This document shows positions 52,719 to 62,065 of a DNA stretch of 64,000 nucleotides, in pieces. The translations under genes were made by a program, and so were the position numbers. The notes below the pieces were generated by a model. The model worked only from the letters and a program-made list of their open reading frames with translations, ran no database searches and was not told the origin of the DNA. The stretch's first letter is position 1. Each line of letters begins with the position of its first letter. The stretch is from an uncultured Phycisphaerales bacterium (GTDB lineage: Bacteria; Planctomycetota; Phycisphaerae; Tepidisphaerales; Tepidisphaeraceae): NCBI GenBank assembly GCA_963755915.1, contig CAVWLP010000002.1:1568001-1632000 (forward strand), read 5' to 3'.

Positions 52719-54479
52719 ATGACATACAGCATCAAGCACCGCATTAGTACCACTTTTGTCGTCCTGACATTTTTGTCGGCAAGTCGCATCTTCGCACAGG
52801 ATGCCTCGGATAAAATCCCCGCCGCTTCGCCCACGATCGTCTCCACATTCACAGCCGCCCCAGGAGCGAAATATCCCTTCCGGGAAAACATGTACGAGCC
52901 CCTGCTCCTCCCCGACGGCCGCATCCTCGCGCTTTCGGTAGCGCGCACCAACGGCCAGCAAACCATGCAAGGCCGGTATTCCAATGATGAAGGTCGCACC
53001 TGGACCTCACCCGTCGATCTCTTCCAGTTTCCCCGCGAGGCGGGCGGTTTTGCAATCTTCAATCGGCTCATCGACCGCAATGGAGACATTCATATTTTCA
53101 TTCTTGGCGACGCCAACTCCGGCACACTCTATCCCGCCTCCCAGGAAGCCCCCGCAACTCGCCCCGGAACAATTCTTGAAACCTGGTATGTGAAGTCCTC
53201 CGATCACATGCAGCATTGGAGCACCCCGCGCCGCATCTCCGAGCACGGCGACGACCTCCTTTCCGTCATCCAATTGCGCAGCGGCCGAATCGTCCTCCCC
53301 CTTTCCTTCCAGCGCATCGCCGACTACAACGCCAAGCGCTCCGGCCTCGAGGGATTCACCTACTACGGCAGCTACGGCGTCACCAGTCTCTACTCCGACG
53401 ATGACGGAGACACCTGGAATCAATCACCCGACGTCCTCACCGCCGAAGCCCCCGATCTCAGCACCTATGGCCTCAACGAACCGGTCGCCATTCAACTGAA
53501 CGACGGGCGCGTCTGGATGTTGATGCGCTCACAGTACGGCCGATTTTTCGATTCGTATTCTCCCGACGGTGCCCATTGGTCGCCCGCCGAGCCAACCGAT
53601 CTCATTTCCTCCGACTCCCCCGCGGCCCTGCTTCGCCTCAAAGACGGAAGCATTCTCCTCTTTTCCAACGCCTGCCTGCGCTACCCCTACGCCTACGGCG
53701 GGCGCGAGGTTTTGCACGGCGCCATCTCAACCGACGAAGGCAAAACCTGGCGCGGATTTCGCGAAATACTTCGCGATCCGCTCCGCGCCCAGCCCAGGGA
53801 CTTCCACGGCGACTATGGATATTCCTACACCTTCCCCGTGCTCACCGCGCAGGGAAACGTCCTCTTCACAAATTGGGTCGAACCCGACTGCGGCCAAACG
53901 CGCACTTTCAAACTGCTCGACCCAAACTGGCTACTCCAAACCCATCAGGAAACAGATTTCTCCAACGGACTCGACGACTGGTCGACCTTCGGCACCAAGG
54001 GCGTCGAATGGCGGCAGAACCCGGACAACAAGGACGCTCACGTGCTTTCCGTCCAAAGGGCCGACACCGCCTGGCCGGCCGCCGCCATCTTCAATTTCCC
54101 CATGGGATCCAAAGGCACGCTGAAAATCCGCCTCCAAATAAGGAGCGGATTCCAGGGCGCTCAACTGGGTCTCACCGATCACTTTTCCGTCCCGTGGGAT
54201 AACCAGGACAAGTTCTTTAACGCCTTCAATCTTCAAATCGACCCATCCGGCAGGCTTAGCACCGGCCAATCTCTTTCAACCGATCAGTGGCACGATCTCC
54301 AGTTCAGTTGGGATAGCAACACCGGCGAATGCCAGATCACCGTCGATGGAAACCAGGCCGGATTCGTGCAGGAAAACCGTCGTCCCCTTGGAATAAACTA
54401 TCTCCGGATTCGATCGACTAGCGACGAGCCCGATGCGGGTCTTCTGGTCTCGCATGTCACCGCCGACGTCTCCAACTGA
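52719..54479 (+). CDS. Secreted sialidase-family (BNR) protein with a C-terminal beta-sandwich
   Basis: Signal peptide; SNDEGRTW, SDDDGDTW, STDEGKTW Asp-boxes; LNEP, LMRS, YSY. Confidence 0.85.
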   Translation: MTYSIKHRISTTFVVLTFLSASRIFAQDASDKIPAASPTIVSTFTAAPGAKYPFRENMYEPLLLPDGRILALSVARTNGQQTMQGRYSNDEGRTWTSPVDLFQFPREAGGFAIFNRLIDRNGDIHIFILGDANSGTLYPASQEAPATRPGTILETWYVKSSDHMQHWSTPRRISEHGDDLLSVIQLRSGRIVLPLSFQRIADYNAKRSGLEGFTYYGSYGVTSLYSDDDGDTWNQSPDVLTAEAPDLSTYGLNEPVAIQLNDGRVWMLMRSQYGRFFDSYSPDGAHWSPAEPTDLISSDSPAALLRLKDGSILLFSNACLRYPYAYGGREVLHGAISTDEGKTWRGFREILRDPLRAQPRDFHGDYGYSYTFPVLTAQGNVLFTNWVEPDCGQTRTFKLLDPNWLLQTHQETDFSNGLDDWSTFGTKGVEWRQNPDNKDAHVLSVQRADTAWPAAAIFNFPMGSKGTLKIRLQIRSGFQGAQLGLTDHFSVPWDNQDKFFNAFNLQIDPSGRLSTGQSLSTDQWHDLQFSWDSNTGECQITVDGNQAGFVQENRRPLGINYLRIRSTSDEPDAGLLVSHVTADVSN

Positions 54480-54496
54480 CCGAGCCCGCAATAACG

Positions 54497-56347
54497 TCAT
54501 TCTGCATCGGCAGGCAGCCCCAACGCCTCAAATAGCGGCCCCAGATGCCGCCGGTAATGTCGCCAGCGCCCCACAGATCCGCTGTAAATCGGCTGGCGAA
54601 CCTGCCAGGAACTGATCGTCTGCACCGTCCTCTCCGTTCGATGGAACTCCAGGCATTTGGGATCCCACGCCAAATCCAAAAAGCTGATAATCCGCCGGCT
54701 CTGCCCCTCCAGATCCCCCACGAGTTGCTCGTATTGCACCTGGAGCATCCGCAGCGGAAGCACCTTCAGCCAGTGCTCGATCAGTCGATCCGTCTGCACG
54801 TGATGCCGCCCGCAATCCCGCAGATCCAGCGAAAAAAGACTCCCCGCAATAAATTCCTGAAAAAAACATGAGAGACACGTGTCGCGAGCATCACGCCGGC
54901 AGAAAATAATCCGCGCCGTTGGAAAAAGTGTGGCTATCAATCCCAGCCGCTCCACGTTAGAGGGCATCTTGTCGATCACACGCTTCGCCGCTCTGCCCAA
55001 ATTCCGCAACCGATCCAACTGCTTACCGGCCGCCGCCCTGATCGGACCCGGTCGCCCCTTCGTCGCGCTCAGCGCCACCGCAATATTGCCGATATCCCGC
55101 AGCTCCCCAGCTCCGAAAACCTCCGGATGACTCGACGCAATCTGCTCAACCAGGCTTGTCCCCGAACGCGGCATCCCCACGATGAACACCGGCAATTCCG
55201 AACTCTCCCCCCAACCCCGCGTGAGCTCGAAAAATTTCGCGGTAAACATCTCAATGGCCCCGTCCACCTGTCGCGCAAACTCGCTGCTGCTGTACCGTGC
55301 CCCCGCCGCCTGCCGCATCTTCAGCACAATCGAATTAGCCCGCGAGAATTGCGCGAAGGCCTCATCATATCGATCTGTCTTGTCCAGCATCTTTCCCAGC
55401 GCGTAACTCAGTTTCGATCGATCGCGCAGCGAAATTCTCGGATCCTCCACCAGCGCAAGCAGCTCCTTCAGTTCCGTCTGATTGATGGCTGCCCCCACGC
55501 TGGCCATCAACGCATACGCCTGCACGGCTCCCGGCTCCCGGATAAGGATCTGCCGACAACATTCAGCCGCCTCCTTAAACTGCCCGATCTGCCGCAAGGC
55601 ATACGCAAGATTGATCCACGCAGAGCTTAACTCCGGCGCGATTTCCACCGCCCGGCGAAAGTTAGTCACCGCCTCGCTTCCTCGACCCTGACGCGACAGG
55701 ATCATTCCCCGCGCCGCATGGGTCAGCGGAGAATTCGGCTCCATCGCCGCTCCCCGATTTAAGGTGGTCAGCGCCTCGTCGAATCGATGCAAATCCGCCA
55801 GTGCCGTGGCCACAAAACTGACCGCATCGACGTTTTGCGGCTCGATCCGCATCGCTCGCTGAAAAGCCGAAAGGGCTTCCTCCGCTCGCCCTTGCTCGCG
55901 GAATAGCTGCCCCAAATTAAGTTGCGGCGTCGCCCAATCAGGCTTGTGCCTGCTGGCATCGGTAAAGGCGATTATCGCTTCTTCGAGTTGTCCCAGATCC
56001 TTTAGCGAAAGCCCCAGATTGTTGTGTGCTTCCGAAAAGTTGGATCTGATTAGAATCGCCTCTCGATATGCCTCCACCGCCCCCTCAAGTTCCCTCTTTT
56101 TCATGAACACATTTCCAAGGCTGTTGTGGGCTTCCGCGTAGTCCGGCAGGAAACGGATAGCCCTTCGAATTAATTCCAGGGCCGCGTCCAACTGCCCCGT
56201 ATGGCCCATGACAACTCCCAGGAGATGCAGCGCGTCAGGATTATTCGGCTCCTCTGCCAGAGCCTTGCGGTAGATTCTCTCCGCCTCGTTCAGCTGTCCT
56301 GCCTGCTGTCGTGACATGCCGGATTTAAGCTGCTGTTCCAACGTCAT
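54497..56347 (-). CDS. TPR-repeat sulfotransferase family protein
   Basis: N-terminal TPRs; FIVGMPRSGTSLVEQI PAPS-binding motif; IDKMP; QVRQPIY. Confidence 0.92.
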   Translation of the reverse strand: MTLEQQLKSGMSRQQAGQLNEAERIYRKALAEEPNNPDALHLLGVVMGHTGQLDAALELIRRAIRFLPDYAEAHNSLGNVFMKKRELEGAVEAYREAILIRSNFSEAHNNLGLSLKDLGQLEEAIIAFTDASRHKPDWATPQLNLGQLFREQGRAEEALSAFQRAMRIEPQNVDAVSFVATALADLHRFDEALTTLNRGAAMEPNSPLTHAARGMILSRQGRGSEAVTNFRRAVEIAPELSSAWINLAYALRQIGQFKEAAECCRQILIREPGAVQAYALMASVGAAINQTELKELLALVEDPRISLRDRSKLSYALGKMLDKTDRYDEAFAQFSRANSIVLKMRQAAGARYSSSEFARQVDGAIEMFTAKFFELTRGWGESSELPVFIVGMPRSGTSLVEQIASSHPEVFGAGELRDIGNIAVALSATKGRPGPIRAAAGKQLDRLRNLGRAAKRVIDKMPSNVERLGLIATLFPTARIIFCRRDARDTCLSCFFQEFIAGSLFSLDLRDCGRHHVQTDRLIEHWLKVLPLRMLQVQYEQLVGDLEGQSRRIISFLDLAWDPKCLEFHRTERTVQTISSWQVRQPIYSGSVGRWRHYRRHLGPLFEALGLPADAE

Positions 56348-56489
56348 ATGCGCTCCTTGGGACCAGAACGGAGCCATGGAGTTTAACGGGAATGACGGAA
56401 TTTAATCTAGACGGTCTCACCCGCGGGGTCATTCCAATATCCGATGAGGAGAGGATCAAAGTCAAAACGATCCGCGACGTCTGTGCGAG

Positions 56490-56603
56490 ATCGGACATAT
56501 CCAGAGATTTAACGAGAAATCCAGACATGAGCTCCTGGAGCGGGAGATCCTTTACAGTTTGAAGGAGCTGAAAGTGCTGATCGAGATGTGGCGGAAGCAT
56601 TGG
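56490..56603 (+). pseudogene. IS3-family transposase C-terminal remnant
   Basis: Translates IGHIQRFNEKSRHELLEREILYSLKELKVLIEMWRKH, a decayed NGYIESFNGKLRDELL...IE.WR motif. Confidence 0.7.
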
Positions 56604-56723
56604 TTGACTCCGTCCAGTGTAAAGGCGAAATCAACCCCGCTCCAATGAGCAGGCCATATATCGGTCATCCCTCGTAATTTGGGCGATCATGCCTCCGGCT
56701 TCGGCGTGGTAGAATCTTCCTCC

Positions 56724-57320
56724 GTGAACCACCGCCGGCCACTCTTCGTGATGCTCGCCGCGCTTTCACTATCGGTGTCGGTATTGGTCGGGGCTCTGAC
56801 GCTGCGGAGCTTCTCCATCTCAGACGGCATCTCGCATTCAATCGGATCCCGCTTCGCGATCGTTTCCTCCCGCGGAGCCATAAACTTCACATCGTTTAGA
56901 TTTGGACGAGAAAGCCTGCATGAGTCCACCAAGGGTATTATTACCTATTCGTTCGTCGAGGTGTACGCACCGCATCCACGCACAATCGAATACAGCCGCA
57001 CAATCGCAAAACCGCCTGCCCATGCGCTGGTTCATTTTGAACGACTGAAACACACGCCGCTGGCCCTGCCATCGTGGCAGCCAGGTAGAACCGCCGATGT
57101 CGGTTCCTTTCAAACTTTGATGGGCTGGACGGTCTGTGTCCCGTACTGGATAATTTTTGTCGCTGGCGCCGGGTCGACCTGGTTCTTCTGGACGCGGCGT
57201 GCTCCTGTGGACGCGCCGGGCCGCTGCCAAGCCTGCGGATATGATTTGCGAGCAACGCCAGACCGATGCGCGGAGTGTGGCACATTCCCGCCGCCTCAAA
57301 AGGAGATTGCCGCGACCTGA
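56724..57320 (+). CDS. Two-TM membrane protein with C-terminal Zn ribbon (copy 1)
   Basis: N-terminal TM, variable middle, VPYW TM, CQACGYDLRATPDRCAECG; GTG 8 nt after TAGAAT. Confidence 0.8.
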   Translation: MNHRRPLFVMLAALSLSVSVLVGALTLRSFSISDGISHSIGSRFAIVSSRGAINFTSFRFGRESLHESTKGIITYSFVEVYAPHPRTIEYSRTIAKPPAHALVHFERLKHTPLALPSWQPGRTADVGSFQTLMGWTVCVPYWIIFVAGAGSTWFFWTRRAPVDAPGRCQACGYDLRATPDRCAECGTFPPPQKEIAAT

Positions 57321-57463
57321 ACCACGCGGCGCAAGTTGCCCTGCACTTCATGTACTACAACGACTGCCGCGTTCACCAAACGCTTCGCGTGACGCCAGCC
57401 ATGCAAGCCGGGCTGGCCGATCATGTTTTGGAGATTGGCGAATTGGTGGGGATGATCGACTGA
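57320..57463 (+). pseudogene. IS1-like transposase C-terminal remnant
   Basis: NHAAQVALHFMYYNDCRVHQTLRVTPAMQAGLADHVLEIGELV. Confidence 0.75.
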
Positions 57464-57484
57464 GACGCGGTACAATTCTCGGCA

Positions 57485-58129
57485 ATGAAACGCTTCGCGC
57501 GACCGGTGTTCAATGCAACTGCAATGATCTCACTGGTGCTCTGTTTGGCCACGATGGCGCTGTGGGCGCAGAGCTATTGGCGATTCCTTGATTTCGGAAG
57601 GATTAGCACGTCGCGCGACGCGGTGGCTTATACGCAGCACCTTATACGTATCGGCTCTAACGACGGTCGATATCTCTTTACGTGGCGTGACATCATTTGG
57701 GCTTGGTCCAATCCGTCAACAGCCTACACAAGCAAAACATGGGACGCGTCCAACGGCGTTTATCTGACGCAAAAAAAACCTTTTGATCTTTTCCACAAGT
57801 TTCCGAAGCAGCCGGACTCCGTCGATCGATCTTGGGAACTGGCTTTTGGGGGCTGGCACTACACACGTCTTATCCAGGATTCAATTATCCCCCCTCTGCA
57901 CATGAGCCCGGGTCCCGGTACGAGGGGGATGCTAATTATCGTGCCACACGCCTACATATGCGCCGCTCTGGCAATTCCTCCCATTGTTTTCATGTTGAAG
58001 TGGCGACGGAAGCGCATGGCTGCTCGATTTGGCCTGTGCTCAAATTGCGGCTACGACCTCCGCTCCACACCTGACCGATGCCCGGAATGCGGAACGATCC
58101 CCCCAACAAAAGAAATCATTTCAAACTGA
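57485..58129 (+). CDS. Two-TM membrane protein with C-terminal Zn ribbon (copy 2)
   Basis: N-terminal TM..WAQSY, variable middle, TM, CSNCGYDLRSTPDRCPECG. Confidence 0.85.
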   Translation: MKRFARPVFNATAMISLVLCLATMALWAQSYWRFLDFGRISTSRDAVAYTQHLIRIGSNDGRYLFTWRDIIWAWSNPSTAYTSKTWDASNGVYLTQKKPFDLFHKFPKQPDSVDRSWELAFGGWHYTRLIQDSIIPPLHMSPGPGTRGMLIIVPHAYICAALAIPPIVFMLKWRRKRMAARFGLCSNCGYDLRSTPDRCPECGTIPPTKEIISN

Positions 58130-58138
58130 CTCACTACC
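58118..58138 (-). mobile_element. Putative IS1-like terminal inverted repeat overlapping the stop of the Zn-ribbon gene
   Basis: ATTTCAAACTGACTCACTACC (reverse complement GGTAGTGAGTCAGTTTGAAAT; GGnnnTG start as in IS1 ends), downstream of a transposase remnant. Confidence 0.6.
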
Positions 58139-58474
58139 GAATCTTCGGCAAACTCGACAAGGAGGGCATACCCTGTTTGCCCTTGCCCTGCCTCGTTGCC
58201 AGCGGAAGCCGGGCATGTCGTATTCGATTGTCAAAGATCAAATAGTCTATGCAGGAATCGAACACACTGCCTTTCCATTCAACCGTGCGCGTTTCCTCCG
58301 AAGCGCGGCGCACTTTGGGTCGCCCTCAGGCAGAAACCGAATACGGACCGAACCTCCCAATGATCATTTCAACCTAACTTCAGTGATGAAAGTACGATAC
58401 GCGTCCTCGTCTCAGCCATTGTCTGTAATATAGACCTATTGCGAACAAATCTATAGATTCATTTCATAAATGCA

Positions 58475-60772
58475 ATGAGGAGTTTAGCAATGCGGCAATC
58501 GTGTATTTTGATTTGTCTTCTTTTTATCTGTCATTTTGCCTTTGCTGATTCGCTGCCGCTGGAATTGCGGATCAGTGTCGATAACACAGGTTTGGGGCCG
58601 ACTGGCGCGAAAATGCCCGCGCGAGTGAGAATAGATTTCCGTGAAATCCTGCACGACCCCACCGCTCGAATTCGGCCCGAAACGCTGAAGCTTTGGCATT
58701 TGAAAAAAGATGGCGTAACCGCGGAGAGCGATCCCGTTCCCGTCCGTTTCGATGATCCCGATCCCAAGCCTGAGAGCTTCTTTTGGGATTTCGTTGGCGG
58801 CGGGGGACAGAGCGGGGATCTGGTCTTTCAGCACCGTGTCGATTCCAGCCCTGTGAGCCATTACCGCCTCGAATTCGAGCAATGGCATCCGCAGGATGGC
58901 CCGGTGTTGCCCTCTCCCACGCCTCAGATCGGCGACTATGACATTCTTCGATACGAAACCGGCGGTCCGATGAGCGGAATATTCCAGACGAAGATCGCCA
59001 TCGCCGACTGGTATGGAGACGGCAATTTGGACATCCTCGCCGGCGACGGCCTGGGACATATCACTATTTATCGCCGGCTCGGCAAGGACTCCTTTGCCTT
59101 TGGGGTGCCGGAACTTCTCAAGGTCAATGGAAAGCCGATCAAGTTCGATTACATGACCGATCTCGACGTCGTCGATTGGAAGGACTCAGGAAAGCTCGAC
59201 CTCATCGTGGCGGATGAAACATCGAATCTGTGGTATGTCGAAAATATCGGCACGAGAACGAACCCGGAATTGGCTCCGCCCGTGCCCCTGCTGGACGCAA
59301 CAGGGCAACAAATCAAGTCCCCCAAAGATCCTTGCAAGGAATTGGACTTCTTCAAAAAAGATTATGCCCCGCTTCCGACCGTTTATGACTATTTCGGTCA
59401 CGGCAAACACGACCTGATATTGGGCGGATACATCACAGGTCAGATGTTCCTATATGAAAACGTAGCAAAAACCGCGCATGAAGCGCCGGTACTCGTATCC
59501 CGAGGCCCTATTCCGGGCGCCGATGGTAATCCGATCGACGTCACATGGTGCGCGTCTCCATCCTTTGGAGATTTGGAAGGCAATGGATTGCCCGTAATGG
59601 TCAGTGGCCATATCGCAGAAAATAAGGCCGCCTTTCATTGGACGAACGAGCCATCACTCTATTTCTTCAGAAACACGGGCACTCGGGATCATCCCGTCTG
59701 GACCCCCGCGGAAATGGGTTTTCCGAAGCACTGGACTGATTTTCCGCCTGACGTCACAACGCCGCGTTTTGTGGATTGGACCGGCGATGGCCGGCTCGAC
59801 ATCATCATGAGCGGACGTTCGGAAATCTTCTTCTTTAAGAATGTGGGCACGCGCACAAAGCCGAAGTTCGAATACCGCGGCCGCTTTCAAATGGCGCACG
59901 GGCCGATGCTGCTTTGCTACAACTACAACGCCATCGCTCCATGCTTCGGCGATCTCGATGGAGATGGCCTGCCCGATTTGATCAGGGGCGGATCCGGAAA
60001 TGATCCCTGGGCCCACATGGTCAGCTTCGACAATGCTCCGCGTTTTGAAGATCGTGGATTGCTCACTGCCGATGGGAAACCCATCTACCACGAATTTCCT
60101 CCCGGCGACGATACCTCGTTTCCCTACCTCTACGATTGGACAAACCACGGATTGCTTGACCTGATTCTGGGGGACGGCGATGGATACGTCTGGTATTACA
60201 AAAACATCGGGACGCGAGCGTCCCCACAATTTGCGGCGGGTACAAAGTTGCTGATGACGGACGGACAACCCCTCTGCGTGGGTCCACCCACTTCAAACGT
60301 CATCAACACGTTCGAAGCGCACAGCGGCAATCGCGCAGTGCCCGCGCCGGCAGACTACGGAAACGGAAAGACCGATCTCATATGCTCCAACGCCAATGGA
60401 GATATTTTCTATTACCGCAATGCGGGGAACGGACGCTTTGAGCCGGGTGTCAAACTCGCCTCCGGCAATAACCGCGCCTTCGTCTGCCCGGTGGATTGGA
60501 ATCATGACGGCAGGATGGGGTTTGTTGCCGTTTGGAGCTCGGGACCCAAGGCAAAATTGTTCCTGAATCGTGGTATTGGGCCCAACGGAATCCCTGATTT
60601 TGACGTCAAAGACATCACCATGCCCTGGATTCCCACGCCACGGCCGCTGGCGATGGATTGGAATCACGATGGGCAGGTCGATCTTCTTTTCGCATCGTCT
60701 TACGCGCTTCTACATTTCGCGGAACATCATTTCGTCGAACATGGGTATGTTGAAGCAACGCTGGAGCGATGA
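58475..60772 (+). CDS. Secreted FG-GAP/VCBS repeat protein 2
   Basis: Signal peptide; DWYGDGNLDIL, DWTGDGRLDII, DLDGDGLPDL, DWNHDGQVDLL; colinear with 40091..42525. Confidence 0.9.
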   Translation: MRSLAMRQSCILICLLFICHFAFADSLPLELRISVDNTGLGPTGAKMPARVRIDFREILHDPTARIRPETLKLWHLKKDGVTAESDPVPVRFDDPDPKPESFFWDFVGGGGQSGDLVFQHRVDSSPVSHYRLEFEQWHPQDGPVLPSPTPQIGDYDILRYETGGPMSGIFQTKIAIADWYGDGNLDILAGDGLGHITIYRRLGKDSFAFGVPELLKVNGKPIKFDYMTDLDVVDWKDSGKLDLIVADETSNLWYVENIGTRTNPELAPPVPLLDATGQQIKSPKDPCKELDFFKKDYAPLPTVYDYFGHGKHDLILGGYITGQMFLYENVAKTAHEAPVLVSRGPIPGADGNPIDVTWCASPSFGDLEGNGLPVMVSGHIAENKAAFHWTNEPSLYFFRNTGTRDHPVWTPAEMGFPKHWTDFPPDVTTPRFVDWTGDGRLDIIMSGRSEIFFFKNVGTRTKPKFEYRGRFQMAHGPMLLCYNYNAIAPCFGDLDGDGLPDLIRGGSGNDPWAHMVSFDNAPRFEDRGLLTADGKPIYHEFPPGDDTSFPYLYDWTNHGLLDLILGDGDGYVWYYKNIGTRASPQFAAGTKLLMTDGQPLCVGPPTSNVINTFEAHSGNRAVPAPADYGNGKTDLICSNANGDIFYYRNAGNGRFEPGVKLASGNNRAFVCPVDWNHDGRMGFVAVWSSGPKAKLFLNRGIGPNGIPDFDVKDITMPWIPTPRPLAMDWNHDGQVDLLFASSYALLHFAEHHFVEHGYVEATLER

Positions 60773-60810
60773 GCTGACCTTCCCCACGTTCGGTGGGCGC
60801 GGCCAAATCG

Positions 60811-61671
60811 TCAGTTCAGGCTGGCCTCGAACGCTTCGGGGCTTTGGTAGCCTATCGCCGAGTGACGTCTCTGGCGATTGTAAAACACTTCAATGTACTC
60901 AAAGATCGAACGCCGAGCCTCCGCTTGCGTTGCGTAGTGCTCGTGATAAATGAGCTCCGTCTTCAGCGTGCTGAAAAAGCTCTCCATCACCGCGTTGTCG
61001 TAGCAATTGCCGGTGCGGCTCATGCTCCGCTCCATCCCATGCTCCGCCAGCATCTGTCGATAAGTCTCGCAGGCGTATTGGACACCGCGATCGGAGTGGT
61101 GCAGCAAACCTCGCTCCGGTCGGCGATGTGTCAGCGCCATCGATATCGCTTCCAGACACAGCTCACTTCGCAGATGATCGGCCATCGACCAGCCGACTAT
61201 TTTCCGACTGCACAGGTCGATCACGGCCGCCAGGTATAGGAATCCTTCATCCGTCGGAACGTAGGTGATGTCGCAGCACCACTTGCGGTTGGGCGCCTCA
61301 GTTGCGAACTGGCGGTCCAGCACATTGGCCGCGACCGGCTCATCGTGATTCGAATCGGTGGTATGGACGACGAATCGCCGGCGAATCCGCGATTGCAATC
61401 CGGCCTGTTTCATCAGACGCGCCACCGTGTTCACGCAGACGCTCACCTGCCGATCCGCCAGCTCCGCGTGCACCCGCGGGCTGCCGTAGGTATAGCGACT
61501 CTCCTCATGAACCTCGCGGATCTTCTCAGTCAGCTCTTCCCGGCGCTTGTGCCGCGGGCTGGCTGGACGTTTCAGCCAGGCGTAATACCCGCTGCGGCTG
61601 ACTTCCAGCGCATCGCACAATGCGGCCAGATCGAACGGGTCCCAATGTTCTTTGATCCAGGCGAATCTCAT
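60811..61671 (-). CDS. IS3 transposase OrfB (DDE)
   Basis: YGSPR, WCCDITY, HHSDRGVQY, GNCYDNAVMESFF. Confidence 0.95.
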   Translation of the reverse strand: MRFAWIKEHWDPFDLAALCDALEVSRSGYYAWLKRPASPRHKRREELTEKIREVHEESRYTYGSPRVHAELADRQVSVCVNTVARLMKQAGLQSRIRRRFVVHTTDSNHDEPVAANVLDRQFATEAPNRKWCCDITYVPTDEGFLYLAAVIDLCSRKIVGWSMADHLRSELCLEAISMALTHRRPERGLLHHSDRGVQYACETYRQMLAEHGMERSMSRTGNCYDNAVMESFFSTLKTELIYHEHYATQAEARRSIFEYIEVFYNRQRRHSAIGYQSPEAFEASLN

Positions 61672-61970
61672 GGGTTCTGGCTGGCGAAGTAGGCCGTCGC
61701 TTTTTTTAAAATCTCCTTCTCGGTTTCGACCCGCCGCAATTGCTTTTGCAACTCGCGGATGCGGGCCTTGAGCAGCGTCGGATCGTTGGTGTCTGGAAAC
61801 GCGGGCTCCTCAGCCGCGGGCTTGATCAGTCCACGTTTTTTCATCCAGTGATGCACGATGTGCACCGGAAGGCCCAGTTCCTGGGCCGCTTTCCTTTGTG
61901 TGTAGCCTTGATCGGTGACGAGTTTGCAGGCTTCGTCCTGAAACTCCCTGGAATAATGTTTGCGTCCCAT
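61668..61970 (-). CDS. IS3 transposase OrfA (HTH)
   Basis: RKHYSREFQDEA; EKEILKKATAYFA with a TTTAAAAAAAG -1 frameshift signal near 61700. Confidence 0.93.
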   Translation of the reverse strand: MGRKHYSREFQDEACKLVTDQGYTQRKAAQELGLPVHIVHHWMKKRGLIKPAAEEPAFPDTNDPTLLKARIRELQKQLRRVETEKEILKKATAYFASQNP

Positions 61971-62065
61971 GGCAATTCGCTCCTTCAGCCGGATTATCCG
62001 GCTTCAGGCCGCGCCCACCAAACGTGGGGAAGGTCAGAGCTAGCCTCTTGAGAAATCAAAATGGA

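Larger units (their letters stand above)
60775..62036 (-). mobile_element. Complete IS3-family element
   Basis: 30-bp IRs TGACCTTCCCCACGTT(C/T)GGTGGGCGCGGCC; 4-bp target duplication GAGC (60771..60774, 62037..62040). Confidence 0.95.

Noticed and set aside
54497-56347. TPR sulfotransferase as part of the catabolic pathway
   Set aside because: Convergent, separately transcribed, next to IS debris and from a widespread family; no evidence of linkage
58270-58315. Group II intron 5' end (GTGCG on the minus strand)
   Set aside because: No domain V/VI or RT ORF nearby; only a local hairpin
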